A DNA stretch of 64,000 nucleotides from Camelus ferus. Lineage: Eukaryota. The stretch covers positions 19,406,001 to 19,470,000 of the forward strand of contig NC_045707.1 of NCBI RefSeq assembly GCF_009834535.1, given 5' to 3'. The translations under genes and the position numbers were made by a program. The notes beneath the pieces were generated by a model that ran no database searches, was not told the DNA's origin, and was given only the letters and a program-made list of their open reading frames with translations. Of this stretch, positions 37,760 to 51,624 are shown piece after piece (position 1 is the stretch's first letter; every line of letters begins with the position of its first letter).

Positions 37760-38722
37760 ATGTCATTAGAAAGAAGGAAAATACCGAGAAATTACACAGA
37801 AGTAACAGAATTTATTCTTCTTGGATTGACAAATGACCCACAGTGGCAGGTTGCACTTTTCATATTTCTTCTTGTTACCTACATGCTGAGTGTGACTGAG
37901 AACCTGATCATTATCACCCTCACCCTTTCAGATCCCCATCTGCAGGCTCCAATGTATTTCTTCCTTCGAAACTTCTCATTCCTAGAAATATCATTCACGT
38001 CGGTCTGCATTCCCAGATTCCTTGTCACTGTCGTGACGGGGGACAGAACCATTTCTTTTAATGGTTGTGTGCCGCAGTTGTTTTTCTTCATCTTCTTGGG
38101 GGTGACGGAATTTTACCTTCTGGCCGCCATGTCCTATGACCGCTACGTGGCCATCTGCAAACCCCTGCACTACACGACCATCATGAACAGCAGAGTCTGC
38201 ATACTTCTAGTCTTTAGCTCATGGCTCGCAGGATTCCTGATCATCTTTCCACCAATAATCCTGCTGCTGCAGTTGGATTTCTGTGCCTCCAATATAATTG
38301 ATCACTTTATCTGTGATTCTTCTCCAATTCTGCAGCTTTCTTGCACAAGCACTCGCTTTCTAGAACTCATGGCATTTTTTTTAGCTGTGGTAACACTCAT
38401 GGTCACCCTCACACTAGTTATTCCCTCCTACACTTGTATCATCCGGACAATTCTGACGTTTCCCTCCACAGGTCAAAGGAAAAAAGCCTTTTCCATGTGT
38501 TCCTCCCACATGGTAGTTGTCTCCCTCTCTTACGGCAGCTGCATCTTCATGTACATTAAGCCTTCTGCCCAGGAAAGAGTGACTTTAAGCAAAGGAGTAG
38601 CTGTGCTCAACACCTCAGTGGCTCCCCTCTTGAATCCATTTATATACACACTACGAAATCAGCAAGTGAAGCAAACCTTCAAGAACATGGTCCAGAGAAT
38701 GGCCTTCTCTTTAAATAAATGA
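37760..38722 (+). CDS. OR6C75: Olfactory receptor OR6C75 (320 aa from ATG 37760)
   Basis: The first in-frame ATG lies 12 nt after the acceptor ttttacAG (37746-37747); the track's GTG start at 37625 is intronic. [21 protein letters not shown] and the FSLNK C-terminus match OR6C75 as I recall it. Several conserved positions are altered (see findings). Confidence 0.88.
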   Translation: MSLERRKIPRNYTEVTEFILLGLTNDPQWQVALFIFLLVTYMLSVTENLIIITLTLSDPHLQAPMYFFLRNFSFLEISFTSVCIPRFLVTVVTGDRTISFNGCVPQLFFFIFLGVTEFYLLAAMSYDRYVAICKPLHYTTIMNSRVCILLVFSSWLAGFLIIFPPIILLLQLDFCASNIIDHFICDSSPILQLSCTSTRFLELMAFFLAVVTLMVTLTLVIPSYTCIIRTILTFPSTGQRKKAFSMCSSHMVVVSLSYGSCIFMYIKPSAQERVTLSKGVAVLNTSVAPLLNPFIYTLRNQQVKQTFKNMVQRMAFSLNK

Positions 38723-40329
38723 CTGTGATTGTGTAAAAGAAGCACCTCTGAAAACTTAGCTAAATGAAAAACTCTGAGTTTCGCTACATAAATTCTTGAA
38801 GCGCCTCAATTCATTCTTTCAGTTAGACGTATGTATATATCTTCAATGCCCCTTTCTCTTATTAGCCTAAAAACAAGGTCTTATTTTAAGTTATATGGGA
38901 AAAATCAACTTGCATCCATGTAACAAATATTTAGATATCAGTAATCTATATTGTTTCTCATATCAAAGCAAGGTTGACTATGGATTCAAACAAGAATAGA
39001 GATTGCTATAAGAAGCTTACTAAAATCCACATACAAAAATAAATTTTATGTGAAATAAAAATATGTATCTTAATATCTCTAAAATTTCTTCTATGTCAGC
39101 ACGAAAATATGGTATACAGTCTAAAAGCATGATTAAAATATCTCCTTCAACTTATCAATAAAATATAATTAAAATGTGTTGCAAAATTAAATAGACATTT
39201 CAGGTAAAATACGTTTTAAGAATTATTAAACTTGCTATATGAAATGAGGCTGCATTAACTTTTGTATTAGTTTTCCCGGAAAATAATTGCACTTTCTGTG
39301 CAACAGAAGAGATTGAATTTTCCTTATTTTTCCTTTGAAAATATTTCCTAAAAATAGATGATTTAACTGAAGGTTATGCTGTTTTTACCAATTATACTGG
39401 AAAAGGAAAGCCATGGTCTATGAAGGTAAATTAAGCTACCCTGATAAAATTCATATTTATATTCAGGTTCTTTCAATTCATACAAATATGGTCTTTCTTA
39501 CACTCATGAAGAAAATGACAAACTCAGAATCTAAAATGGTGTGAGACAGTGACATTCTAGAGAGTATCTTGGAAAAGATGACATAAGCATAATTTACGTC
39601 TTAGCTTTCCTTTATCTGCACATCTACAATACTGTCTTGATCTTTCCATTGTCTCTTTCACAGAAGGTCCTACATCATTCACTCATATCCAAGAAAATGA
39701 CCCCGGGAGGAAAAATTTGACAACTGTAAAAAATGTGTCCAAGCCCAGTTCCTATAGCTAATGAGCCCCTCGCCTGCAGTGTATCATTAAGAAAATTTGT
39801 TGTCTTGGGACAGTATTATGTCTAACTACGTACAGGCTAAGTGGATTTGACTTTGGCTTCTTGATTTCCAGGTTGGTCTGATATGTAAGTTAATGTAAAG
39901 AGCCCTATGTATTTTGAGTCCACAATAGAAACCCTTTTTCTTATTGCTTATAGACGGGTGTGAGTGTCTGTAGGCACTCACCTATTCTTACCATTGTACT
40001 TTCATAGAATGGGTTACATTTTTTTTTCAAATAGATTTAACATGATACTATCACAAAATAAAAATTAAATGATAACTTTATTTGTTTATGAATTCGTTAC
40101 TGGGGAAGTTTGTAAAGAAATAAAACAATTGCCTTTATAACTTGTAACAAGCAGGCAGAAATACAAAAGGGAAAATTAGGAGTATGGAAAACAACATCCA
40201 AATGTTAACTAAATGAGTAAACACTACATATATGACATATATGACAGCGATGTAGGTAGACAGGAGAGGCAGAGAGACAGGGTAAGGGAAACTTGATCCT
40301 CTCCATTGACAAAAACTTATCTGAAGAAT

Positions 40330-40745
40330 TAAATTTTTCCATTTGCAACAACATGGATGAACCTGGAGGGTATTATGCTCAGTGAAATAAGACAGAGAAA
40401 GACAAATGCTGTATGTTAACACTTATTTGTGAATTCTAAAAAATAAAACAAGCAAGTGAATATAACAAAACAAAGAAAACAGACTTACAGATATAGAGAA
40501 TAAACCAGTGGTGATCAGTGAAGAGAGGAAAGGGGGAAGGGGCAAGATAGGGGTGAGAGATTAAGAGATGCAAACCAGTATGTTAAAATAAATCAGCCAC
40601 AAAGATACGCAATACAACACAGGAAATATAGCTAATATTTTATAACCATAAATGGAATATAACTTTTTAAAATTGTGACTCACTATGTTGTTAACCTGAA
40701 ATATATATTTTCCATCAACTATACCGCACTAAAAAATAAACAAAT
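40330..40745 (+). mobile_element. L1 3' end
   Basis: CCATTTGCAACAACATGGATGAACCTGGAGGGTATTATGCTCAGTGAAATAAG, then 3'UTR and an A-rich end. Confidence 0.85.
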
Positions 40746-41189
40746 ACATTTTAAATGTGAAAAGAGATAATTACTTCTAAATGAATATAAAATTTCAAAA
40801 ACAAAAATAAAGTTAAAAAGGACAATTCTATCTTAAATCCCTCCTTAAACTGAAATCATTACAGTTCCGTTTATGAGAAGAGAGGTACAAGTGGATGAAA
40901 AGGCAGAGGAGGGAACGCCTAACAGCACAGAGAAAGTATCGGTCTTCGCTGTGAATACGGGATTTGGTTGGCTACTCAAATGAAATTTATCACCATTTGA
41001 AATAACACTCAGAGAATATTAGACAAAGCATGGTCTGTTTTCCCCATTCATGGAGTCAAACATACTATTAAAGTTCTATATGAAAATAATTATTAGAAAC
41101 TATGAACTAGGAACTGTGGAAATAGATTTTATAGCACATCGATGGCTCAAATTTTCTACCTGTTCACTAAAAAGATTGTAAAAGTGCTC

Positions 41190-44100
41190 GAAGTCACTAA
41201 TCATCAAAGAAATGCAAATCAAAACCACAATTAGATATCTTCTCATACCTGTTAGAATGAATATTATCAAAAGGCAAATGTTAAGTGTTTGTGAGGATGT
41301 GGAGAAAAGGGAAACCTTGTACTCTGTCCTTGGGATGTAAACTGGTAGTCACTATAGAAAACAGTATGAAGATACCTTTAAAAATTGAAAATAGAACTAC
41401 TATATGACCCAGCAGTTCCACCTCTGAATATATATCTGAAAGAAACAAAATCAGTATCTGAAGAGACAGTCTGTACTGCCATTTTCATTTCAGCATTATT
41501 ATTCACAATACACAAGATATGGAAACAACCTAATTATCCATCAACAGATAGATGGATAAAGAAAGAATACATATATTTGTAATGGAATATTATTCAGCCT
41601 GCCATTGCAACAACATAGATGAACATAGAGGACATTATGCTAAGGAAAATAAGCTAGAGAAAGACAAATATTGTATGGCATCACTTATATCCGGAATCTA
41701 AAAAGTAAATAAATAACTCAAACTCATAGTAAGAGAGAACAGAATGGTGGTTGCCCAGGGATGGAGAGGTCGGGGAAATAGGAAAATGTTATAACTTTCA
41801 GTAAAAAGAATAAGTTCTGAGGAGTTAATATACAGTACAGTGACTATAGTTAATAATACTGTATTCTTGGAATTTGCTAAGAGAATGGATCTTAAGCCTT
41901 CTCAAATTACATACACACTAATTAATTGGAAGTGATGGATATGTTAATTAACTTGACTATGATAATCATTTTACAATGTATATGTGCATCAAATCTTCAC
42001 ACTGTACATTTTAAATAGTTACAGTTTTATTTATCAGTTATAAAACTGGGGGAAACAAAAGATGAAGTGAACTCATTTAAAAAAAAAAAATGGGCAAAAT
42101 CCCAAAGAACGACTACACTAAATGCTGGTTAGAATGTGGAGCAACAGTAATTCTTATTCATTGCTGGCAGGAATGCAAAATGGGACAGCCACTTTGGAAG
42201 AAAGTTTGGCAATTTCTTACATATGGTCCAGTAATCGCACTCCTCAGTATTTACCCAAAGTTGCTGAAAATTATGTCCTCACAAAAAACTGCATACAAAT
42301 ATTTATAACAGCTTTATTAATTAATTGCCAAAATTTGGAAAGCCACCAAGATGTTCTTCAGTAGGTGAATGGATGAATAAACTGTGGTACATCAGACAAT
42401 GGAATATTACTTAGTACTAAAAGAAAATGAGCTATCAAATCATGAAAACACATAAAGGATCATTAAATGCACATTACTAAGTAAAAGATCCAATCCGAAA
42501 AGGCCACACACTATGATTACCACTATCTGACATTCTAGAAAAAGTAGAACTATGGTGATGGTAAAAACATCAGTGTTTGAGGGTTGGGGATAGGGATGAC
42601 TAGGAGGGACACAGAGGATTTTTAGGGCATTGAAAATATTCCGTGTGATACTATAATGATAGATACAAGTCATTTTACTTTTGTCTAAAGTGTAGAATCT
42701 ATAACACCAAGAGTAAACACTAAGGACTTTAGGTGACTTATGTGTTACTATAGGTTCATCAGCTGTGACAATTGTACTGCTCTGGTGGGGCATGTGGAAA
42801 ATTTCTGTATCTTCTCAATTTTGCTATGAACATAAAGGCACTCTTAAAAATAGACTTTAAAAAGGGAAAAGGAAAAATGACTCTAGGCTCAAAAATTTGA
42901 AACCTTTAAATGAAAAAGATCAATTCCTTGAAAGAAAACTATGGAACTCACACAAGGAAAAGGAGATAACCTGAATAGGTCTATATTCATTAAAAAAAAG
43001 TACACTGATAATTAACAACTTTCCAAAAAGCCAGCCCCAGATTCAGACAGTTTCAATGGTGAATTCTACCAAACATAAGAAAGAAGCTATGTTAATTCTC
43101 TAAAAATCTTTTTCAGAAAACAAAAGCAGAGGGGACACTTCCTAACTTATTCCACAAGGCCAGCATTACTCTAATACCAAAACCAGATAAAGTCATGACA
43201 ATAAAAAACTACTGATAAATATCTCCCACAAACATGGAGGAAAGCTTTCTCAACAAAATATTAACAAATCACATTTAACAATGTACAAAATGAATTAAAC
43301 ATCATAAACACATGGGATTTACCCCAGATATCCAGGTCTGGCTCAACATTTGAAAAATCAATGCAAGTAACCCATCATATCAACAGGCTAAAGAAAACAA
43401 GTTATGTTATATCACATGACCTAGAAAGAGCACTTCAACAACAAAACTAATTCATCGTAAAAAGTTTCAGCAAACTGAGAATGAGAAGAAAGTCCTCAAC
43501 TTAAAAAGAACATCTAGAAAAAAAAACATACAGCTAACATCCTACTTAATATTGATGAACTTGATGCTTTACCCCTAAGTTCAGGAACATGGCAATTATT
43601 TCCTCTCTTATCGCTCCTATTCAACATACTACTGGAAGCCTGATTAGTCAAATAAGGCAAGAAAAAAAAATACATACAGATTTGAAAGAGAGAAAACTAT
43701 GTGCAAAATCCTGAAGAACTGACTGGAAAAAAAACCTTCCTGGGATTAATATGTGATTATAGAAATGCTGGGGGACATAGGTTAATACACAAGAATCGGT
43801 AAAAGTCACTTTTCTACCTACATATCAGCAACTAACAAAATTTAGAATCTGAAACAAAAAAAAAAAATTAGAATTTGAAACAAAGTAAACTATTTACAGT
43901 AATGCCAAAAAGAGAAATACTTAGGTATAAATCAAATGAAATATGTATAAAACCTATATGCAGAAAACCACAAAACACTGATGAAAGAAATTGAAAATAT
44001 AAATAAATATTGGTAAGATATCAATTCTCCTCAATTTATTCTGTATATTCTTCACAATACCAGTCAATAGCTCAGCAAGCTACTTTGTAGGCATCAGCAA

Positions 44101-46410
44101 ACTGATTCTGAAGTTTAGGTGGAAATGCAAACACCTAGAATAGCCTAGAATAGTCAACACAATACTTAAGAAGAAAAGAAACAAAGGTCAAAAACTCATA
44201 ATATCCAATTTCAATATTCACAACAAAGATTAACTAATGAATACAGAGTGATATTGGCAAAAGTATAGACACATGGATCAATGGAACAATAGAGATTCTA
44301 GAAATAGAACAACATGCATATAGTCAGTAAATCTTTGACAAAGGAGAAAAGGCAATTTAATTGAGAAAAGTTAATCTTTTTCACAAATAGTACTGGTAGA
44401 AATGGATATTCATATAAAAAACTACCCTAGACACAGACCTTCCACAAATGTTAACTCAAAATGGATCATAGACCTAATTATAAAATACAACACCAAATGA
44501 TATTTATATACAACAATAAATACATAATCTATGAAACAAGTAATTGTTAAGCTTGTCTCATTAAAATGTAAAACTTCTGGTCTGCAATGGCACTATCAAT
44601 ATGTTGAGGACAAGCCACAGACTGGGAGAAGATATTGGAAAAGACATACTTGATAAAGGACTGTTTATCCAAAATTTACCAAAAAAAAAAAAATGTTTAA
44701 CCCTTAAAATTCAACAATAAGAAAATGAACAACCCAATTAAAAATGAGCAAAAGATCCCACAGACATCCCCCCAAAGGTGATACATAGAAGGAAAATAAT
44801 AAGCATATGAAAAGATGTTCAGCATCATTGTCATTAGATAATTGCAAATTAAAACAGCAATGAGCTACCACTATGCACACACTGTAATGACTAAATTGTA
44901 AAACAATGACAACACCAACTGTCAGAGATAAAGCAGAGCAACAGGAACTCTGATACTCTCATTTATGAGCTATCAAGCCAGGAAAAGACATGGGTGAAGC
45001 TTAAATCCATATTTCTAATCTAATGAAGTCAATCTGAAAAGGCAACATACTATATGATTCTGGTTTATGATATCCTAGAAAAAGCAAAACTATATATAAT
45101 ATAAAAAGATCCATGGTTGCCTGAGATTACTGTAAGAAAGCGAAGCTTACAAGGGTGAACTGAATGGGGAATTTAAGGCAAAGAAACTATTCTGTGTACT
45201 ACTGTAATGGTGAATTCACGGTACTATGCATTTGCCAAAATTTATAGAACATTACACTACAAAGAGTAAACCTTAATTTATACAAATGTTTAAAAAATTA
45301 TTTAAGAGGTCAGGGGATCACAGAGTGGAATACAGACTATGATCTCCCAAAATAACTGTATTTTAAATGTATGCAGTTATCTTACTGAAGGGAGTAGAAT
45401 TGAAAGTTGCTGACCTAAATTACTTCAGAAATGATTGAAATATGTAAGACTAAAAACAAATAAAATGTACATAAGTATTGCACTCTAGCTAATAAAGTGG
45501 TTTCCCATCATTGTATAGGTCAATGATTTTGATAACACTATATATGTATATAAAAATTTAACAATTAAGTAAATGGATCGTGGAGCCAAGATTCTCACTT
45601 TTGCAGTGGGAGATGACAGAGAAGCAAGAGAGGGAAACTACAATCCATGTGGTAACGGAGATAACAGTATGGGTTCATTTTTAGCTTAATAATGATCCAA
45701 AAGGTAATAGAGAGGAATATTTATGCATATGTATTTATATAGAGGTTAGTTGGCTCACATATATTTCCTGGTTCTGTCCTCTTAGAGGACCCAGAAGCAA
45801 TGGCACCACGGCAACTATGAACACATCCAGAGGTGAGATTTTGGTTTCTAATACCATTCTCCAATAAAAGGAACCAGGTATCACTGGAGAAGTGTCTGAT
45901 TAGAAGTCTGTGGCAAGGAAGATACAAGATGATCCTGAAGCATCTTAGAGTTCCAGAAAATAAAGAAATAATTTTTTAAAAAGCACAGTGATGGCTGTAT
46001 ATCAAAGGAAACAGTAGCCAACTGAAAGGGGTCCCAATGGCCAAAGATGGAAAAATTTAGCAACAAAGTAAGTTAGCACTGACTGGATATAATCAAAGTA
46101 TAAAATAAATATCCATGAATCCATACCGATATAAATAAATAACTGAATAAATTAATAAATGAGGAAGAGTACACAAATTACCCATCTTATAAAGGAATCC
46201 CAAATAATTTACATAGATACTTCCCCTTCAAGGAGGCAGAGCCATATTCCCACTTTTTCAGTGTGGGCTGCACATGGTGACTTCCTTCCAAAGAATACAG
46301 TGTGGGAAGTGGAGGCTGGGGAGACAGCAACTTTATTTTGGAGAACTCTAACAAAAAGTACCACAGCTCACATCAACAGTGATAAATCATGTTGGTAGTA
46401 GGAATAATTA
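41190..46410 (+). mobile_element. Stack of degraded sense-strand L1s (L1MA-like 41190-42080; L1MB-like 42090-42860; ORF2 RT region 42860-44900; L1MC-like 3'UTR 44950-46410)
   Basis: Recognisable ORF2 C-terminal, RT-region and 3'UTR motifs with many stops, frameshifts and deletions. Confidence 0.85.
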
Positions 46411-46419
46411 ACAATTATA

Positions 46420-47480
46420 GTATAAAAGACAACCTATGGACTGGGAGAAAATATTCACAAATGATGCGACTGACAAGGGCTTAATTTCCAGAACATACAA
46501 ACAGCTCATACAACTCAATAACAAGAAAACAACCCAATCAAAAAAATAGGCNNNNNNNNNNNNNNNNNNNNNNNNNNNNNNNNNNNNNNNNNNNNNNNNN
46601 NNNNNNNNNNNNNNNNNNNNNNNNNNNNNNNNNNNNNNNNNNNNNNNNNNNNNNNNNNNNNNNNNNNNNNNNNNNNNNNNNNNNNGAATGGCTGCTATTT
46701 AAAAGTCCACAAAATAAATGCTAGAGAGGGTGTGGAGAAAAGGGAACTCTCCTACACTGTTCATGGTAATGTAATTTGGTACAGATACTATGGAAAACAA
46801 TATGGGGATTCCTTTAAAAACCCCTAAAAATAGACTTACCCTATTACCCAGCAATCCCACTCCTGGGCATATATCCAGAGGGAACTCGAATTGGAAAAGA
46901 TACACATACACACAATGTTCACAGCAGCACTATATACAATAGNNNNNNNNNNNNNNNNNNNNNNNNNNNNNNNNNNNNNNNNNNNNNNNNNNNNNNNNNN
47001 NNNNNNNNNNNNNNNNNNNNNNNNNNNNNNNNNNNNNNNNNNNNNNNNNNNNNNNNNNNNNNNNNNNNNNNNNNNNNNNNNNNNNNNNNNNNNNNNNNNN
47101 NNNNNNNNNNGTGAAGTAGGTCAGAGACAACTATCATATGACGTCACTTATATGTGGAATCTTAAAAAACGATACAAATGAACTTATTTACAAAAGAAAA
47201 AGAGGCTCACAGATATAGAAAACAAATTTATAGTTATCAAAGAGAAGGGAGGGAAGGAGAAGTAAATAAGGAGTTAGGAATTAATGGATACAAACGGCTA
47301 TATATAAAACAGATAAACAACAAGGTTCTACTGTATAGCACAGGGAACTACATTCAGTATCTTACAATAACCTATAATATAAAGAATTTATACGTATTAT
47401 GTATAACTGAATCACTACATTGTATACTAGAAACTAACACAACACTGCAAATCAACTATACCTCAATAAAAGAAATAAAA
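46420..47480 (+). mobile_element. Younger L1 3' end with two N-gaps
   Basis: AAAAGACAACCTATGGACTGGGAGAAAATATTCACAAATGATGCGACTGACAAGGG...AATCAACTATACCTCAATAAAA; less decayed than its neighbours. Confidence 0.88.
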
Positions 47481-49839
47481 ATGAAACAGTACACAAATTT
47501 TGCCTGCTTCATTTTCTAATGTGAAGGAAGCACTATTTAATGAAATTTTTCAGACAACCAACTTCATGGGTTTTATGTGTGTATTATTAGTCTCTCAGTT
47601 TCTGTTGCATCTTGTTGTATGTGCCTATCCACTAGCTATAGCTTACCTAAAATAGGCGCTCAATATATTTACTAGCAAATTTATAACAAATAAAACCTTT
47701 GAATAGCACATTTTATATTCTTGTGGCCCTTCTCTTGCTATTTTTGGCTTCTTCACAAGTTTACATTTTTAATTAAAATATATTGCCTTGGCAGAAATTA
47801 ATTTCAAGTAAAAATAAAACAACATTGACAATATGAAATCCAAAATTTCAAAGACCGCTATTTCCTCATTGTTGTTCTTTGCATTATACACCTCTCTGAC
47901 ATTTAAGGTTTTTAAAAAATATTTTCCCAAAGATACTTAATTAAAATTATTCAACTAAATTTGGGATGAACTAATCAGCACCATCTCTCTCCAGAGGCAT
48001 TTTAATTGTTTCACTGCGAGAATCCCCTGTGACTGTTTTGAGGGAAAAATGGATAAAACCAGTCTGTTTGTTTCGGAAACAATAGTTAGAAACCCTAGTC
48101 TTCCCACTGGAAAGTAAAGAAAGTAAAACAAAAATTAGAAGCCATCTTTCTTTCAAAAGTTACTCAGAACCAAGGAAGATACTGTATCACTAGGTCTTTC
48201 TTTCATCTAAGGTTAGGACGTTGCCACTGAATGGAAATCTGGGGAAAGGAGAGGGAAATGGCCTTGGGCTGTGCAACTTGGAATTGTTCTTTACATTCCA
48301 AGGATTTTCCTTCTCTCAAATTTCTACTCAAATGCCATGCAGCTCGCCTCTTTTCCACAGCTATTACTTCTTGACTCTCACTCAAGAAGGTCTGAGCTGT
48401 CTCCCTGTGAACTAAGAGCTTCACTTAATTAACCAGCAAAATATATAACTTTAGCACCTCTATTTGCCAGTTTCACTGAAGTAACTACTGCCCTGATGCT
48501 ACTTTTTTTTTTTCTTTTTTTAATCTATTTAGTTTTTTGAGAGTTTTACCCACATTCCAGGAAAGTGTGCTCTCTGGTTCTGCTGTGTAACCAGTTAAAA
48601 CCTTAGGACAGTGGTCCATTTTGCTGCAATTCTCTCCCACTTCCAGGGCTTCTAGCTTTACTCCTAAACAACGAGTTAGTACCAGAGACATTGTTACTCA
48701 ATAAAAAAAACTTTGCAATACTACCTGAGTCTCAGACGTTCAGACTTTACATGAATGGACTACTTGGGACAACCCACAGAGCTTCTGCTACCATGTCACC
48801 AACCCTTTCCTGCAGCACAATCTTCAGAACCTCTTGAATACTCGGCCTGCCATCTGAATGTAACACCTTCTACCAGCTAGTGGGACTATGTCACCTTTCT
48901 GTCTGGGCCTTCTCAACTTCAGGAATAAGCTTTCTCCTGGATTATTCTTTAGTATGTTCCACCTCACTCTATGCAACCAAGATCATTCGGCCAAATTCCA
49001 CCTACACACTGTGTAAGTATGTTATTGCATAAGAAAATCAAAGGCAGGAACAAGTTGTGAAGTCTATGCATACTCCAAAGTTAAAGCACCACACACTGAC
49101 ACACAGTTGAAGTAAAGTAACAGAATATTTGGGTTTGAAAAGTCAAATTGCTACCACATGGGCTTATGTAATGGTAAGCATATTTTTCATGTCTCACCTC
49201 ATTCATTTTTCCATTTTCTAATCAATTTATAACTTAGATCAACTAACTTTGGTTGTAAGAATCTCTTCTTAAAAAGCAATAGATTACTATTTAATTCAGA
49301 AAAGAAAAACTTTAAGTTCTGAGTTTGTTTAGGAGAATATAAATACCAATTTTGATGGCCCTGAGTCTTTCAGAAAGTTATTAATTATCCATGTAGCCAG
49401 GAATAACATTAAAAATTTTGAAAAAACTACAGAAAATAACAAATTTAAAAGGTTTCATATTCAGAAAAATCATTAGAACATGTGGTCACTGAACATTATA
49501 ACATTTTATAGAGCTCTGCTTAATTTCTTCACACATACAACTTTTAAAAGAAAGTAAAACACATTTGATAAGTATATTTTTCTTATTCATATAAGATTAT
49601 TAGACCTATCAAGTGACTTACTCAATATTATATGGCTAGTGATCTACAGATGTAAGAGTTTTTTTTATCCTGGTTTACATATATTTTCAAAATTCAGTAC
49701 AACTTGGTGGTTAATTTATTGGTTCATTATAGTATATATTTCTTAAACCAGCAGAGATGATAAAAAAAGTAACCCTGCACTCACTAAATCTTTGTTTCTT
49801 GTTTGCATTTACAGACCAGGAAGAAGTCAGCAATAAGAA

Positions 49840-50766
49840 ATGAAAAATCACACGTCTGTGAAAGAGTTCATTCTTCTCGGATTAACAGATGACCCAGAGC
49901 TAAATATTCTCATTTTTCTATTTCTATTTTTCACATATACACTGAGTATAACTGGAAACTTGACAATCATCACCCTCACTCTGATAGATTCCCACCTCAA
50001 AACTCCCATGTATTTATTCCTTAGGAATTTCTCTTTCCTAGAAATCTCATTCACAACAGTTTGTATTCCTAGATTTCTGGTCAGCATTGTAACAGGGGAT
50101 ATGACCATTTCCTATAATTCCTGCATGGCCCAGGTGTTTTTTTTCATACTCCTTGGTTCAACGGAATTTTTCCTTTTGACTGCGATGTCCTATGACCGGT
50201 ATGTGGCTATCTGCAAGCCACTGCATTACACAACCATAATGAACAGCAGAATCTGCAACCAGCTTGTCATTGGTTCTTGGCTGGCTGGATTTCTCATCAT
50301 CTTTCCACCTGTGATCATGGGACTTCAGCTGGATTTCTGTGACTCCAACATTGACCACTTCACCTGTGATTCTTCTCCTATGCTACTGATCTCCTGCACG
50401 GACACAGCACTCCTAGAGCTCATGGGATTTTTCCTGGCAGTATTCACGCTCATGGTAACCTTAACATTAGTGATCCTTTCCTATGTATTCATCCTTAAAA
50501 CAATTCTGAGGATTCCCTCTGCTGAGCAAAGGAAAAAGGCCTTTTCTACATGTTCCTCACACATGATCGTTGTCTCCATTTCTTATGGAAGTTGCATTTT
50601 CATGTATGTCAAAACTTCAGCAAAAGAAGGAGTGGCTTTGAACAAGGGTATAGCAGTGCTCAATACCTCTGTTGCCCCAGTGCTAAATCCTTTTATTTAT
50701 TCCCTGAGGAACCAGCAGGTCAAGCAGTCCTTTAAGAACTTGGCCAAAAAAATGCTTCTCAAATAA
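49840..50766 (+). CDS. Olfactory receptor, OR6C subfamily, OR6C65/OR6C76-related (308 aa)
   Basis: Intact ORF with [30 protein letters not shown] and [10 protein letters not shown]. Shares [23 protein letters not shown] and YVKTSAK with the 59332 gene. Confidence 0.93.
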   Translation: MKNHTSVKEFILLGLTDDPELNILIFLFLFFTYTLSITGNLTIITLTLIDSHLKTPMYLFLRNFSFLEISFTTVCIPRFLVSIVTGDMTISYNSCMAQVFFFILLGSTEFFLLTAMSYDRYVAICKPLHYTTIMNSRICNQLVIGSWLAGFLIIFPPVIMGLQLDFCDSNIDHFTCDSSPMLLISCTDTALLELMGFFLAVFTLMVTLTLVILSYVFILKTILRIPSAEQRKKAFSTCSSHMIVVSISYGSCIFMYVKTSAKEGVALNKGIAVLNTSVAPVLNPFIYSLRNQQVKQSFKNLAKKMLLK

Positions 50767-51624
50767 ATTTTAATCATAAAGAAATTCATGACCTGAACTT
50801 TAAATGAACCTTATGTCTAACACAATTATTAACATCATTATATTTTTCCATCCACTACTATATTCAACTTCCTTTCCCCTCAGGTTTTATTTTCCATGTA
50901 TCCCATTTTCACCTCATTTGATTCAACTATTTTTCTATATTGAAATGCCCTGAAAAATTTTTAAGCATGAGTGATTTGATGTCACAAAGTGAGAATGACA
51001 TTTAATAAAAATTCCAGAACTGAGTTCTAATAATCACCGAAGAACTTTCCCTTTGGGCATCAATCAAGAGCTAAATAAAAGTTACTGTCACACAATTTGA
51101 AAAAAATTATTTCTCCCAGTACATAAGATTGAAATAAACCTTTCTGTGAGGTAAAGCCTCCTACGTCTAGTGTGCTTCTATTTATCCTTGTATCTTACAT
51201 TATAAATGTTGATCTATGCTATTTGGGGCATAGGGATTATACTCATTGCGAAGTCCATGCTTCAATATTATAACATACTTAGTGTTTTTTTGGACAAAAT
51301 TCCAAAGTTACTACAAGTGTAGTGTTGACATTTCAGTAAAACCCCGATATCCTCACCATGAAGCACCTCTAATGAACTACAGGGATGATTGCTCCATGGC
51401 CCATTATTTTCTTTTAATTTGCCAGTGATGAGTCTGGGGCTCATCTCAGGCTCCTATGGAAAGAACCTGGCATGCCTTTTCCTTCTTAAGATTCAGTTTC
51501 CTCTGATTTTTTTTGGCAATTAAAACCATATGCTTTTTCTCTCCCAGGCAATTTTCAAAATTTCTGATACACTGATGATATCCTAAAGTGTTTTCCAGCA
51601 TTTGTATGATTTCATTCTTTTAAA

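Noticed and set aside
37996-38235. CpG-rich patch in OR6C75 (I count 18 CpG in the CDS versus 5-12 in four other ORs counted)
   Set aside because: Only modestly above OR6C65 and far short of a CpG island; not distinguishable from chance without a test.
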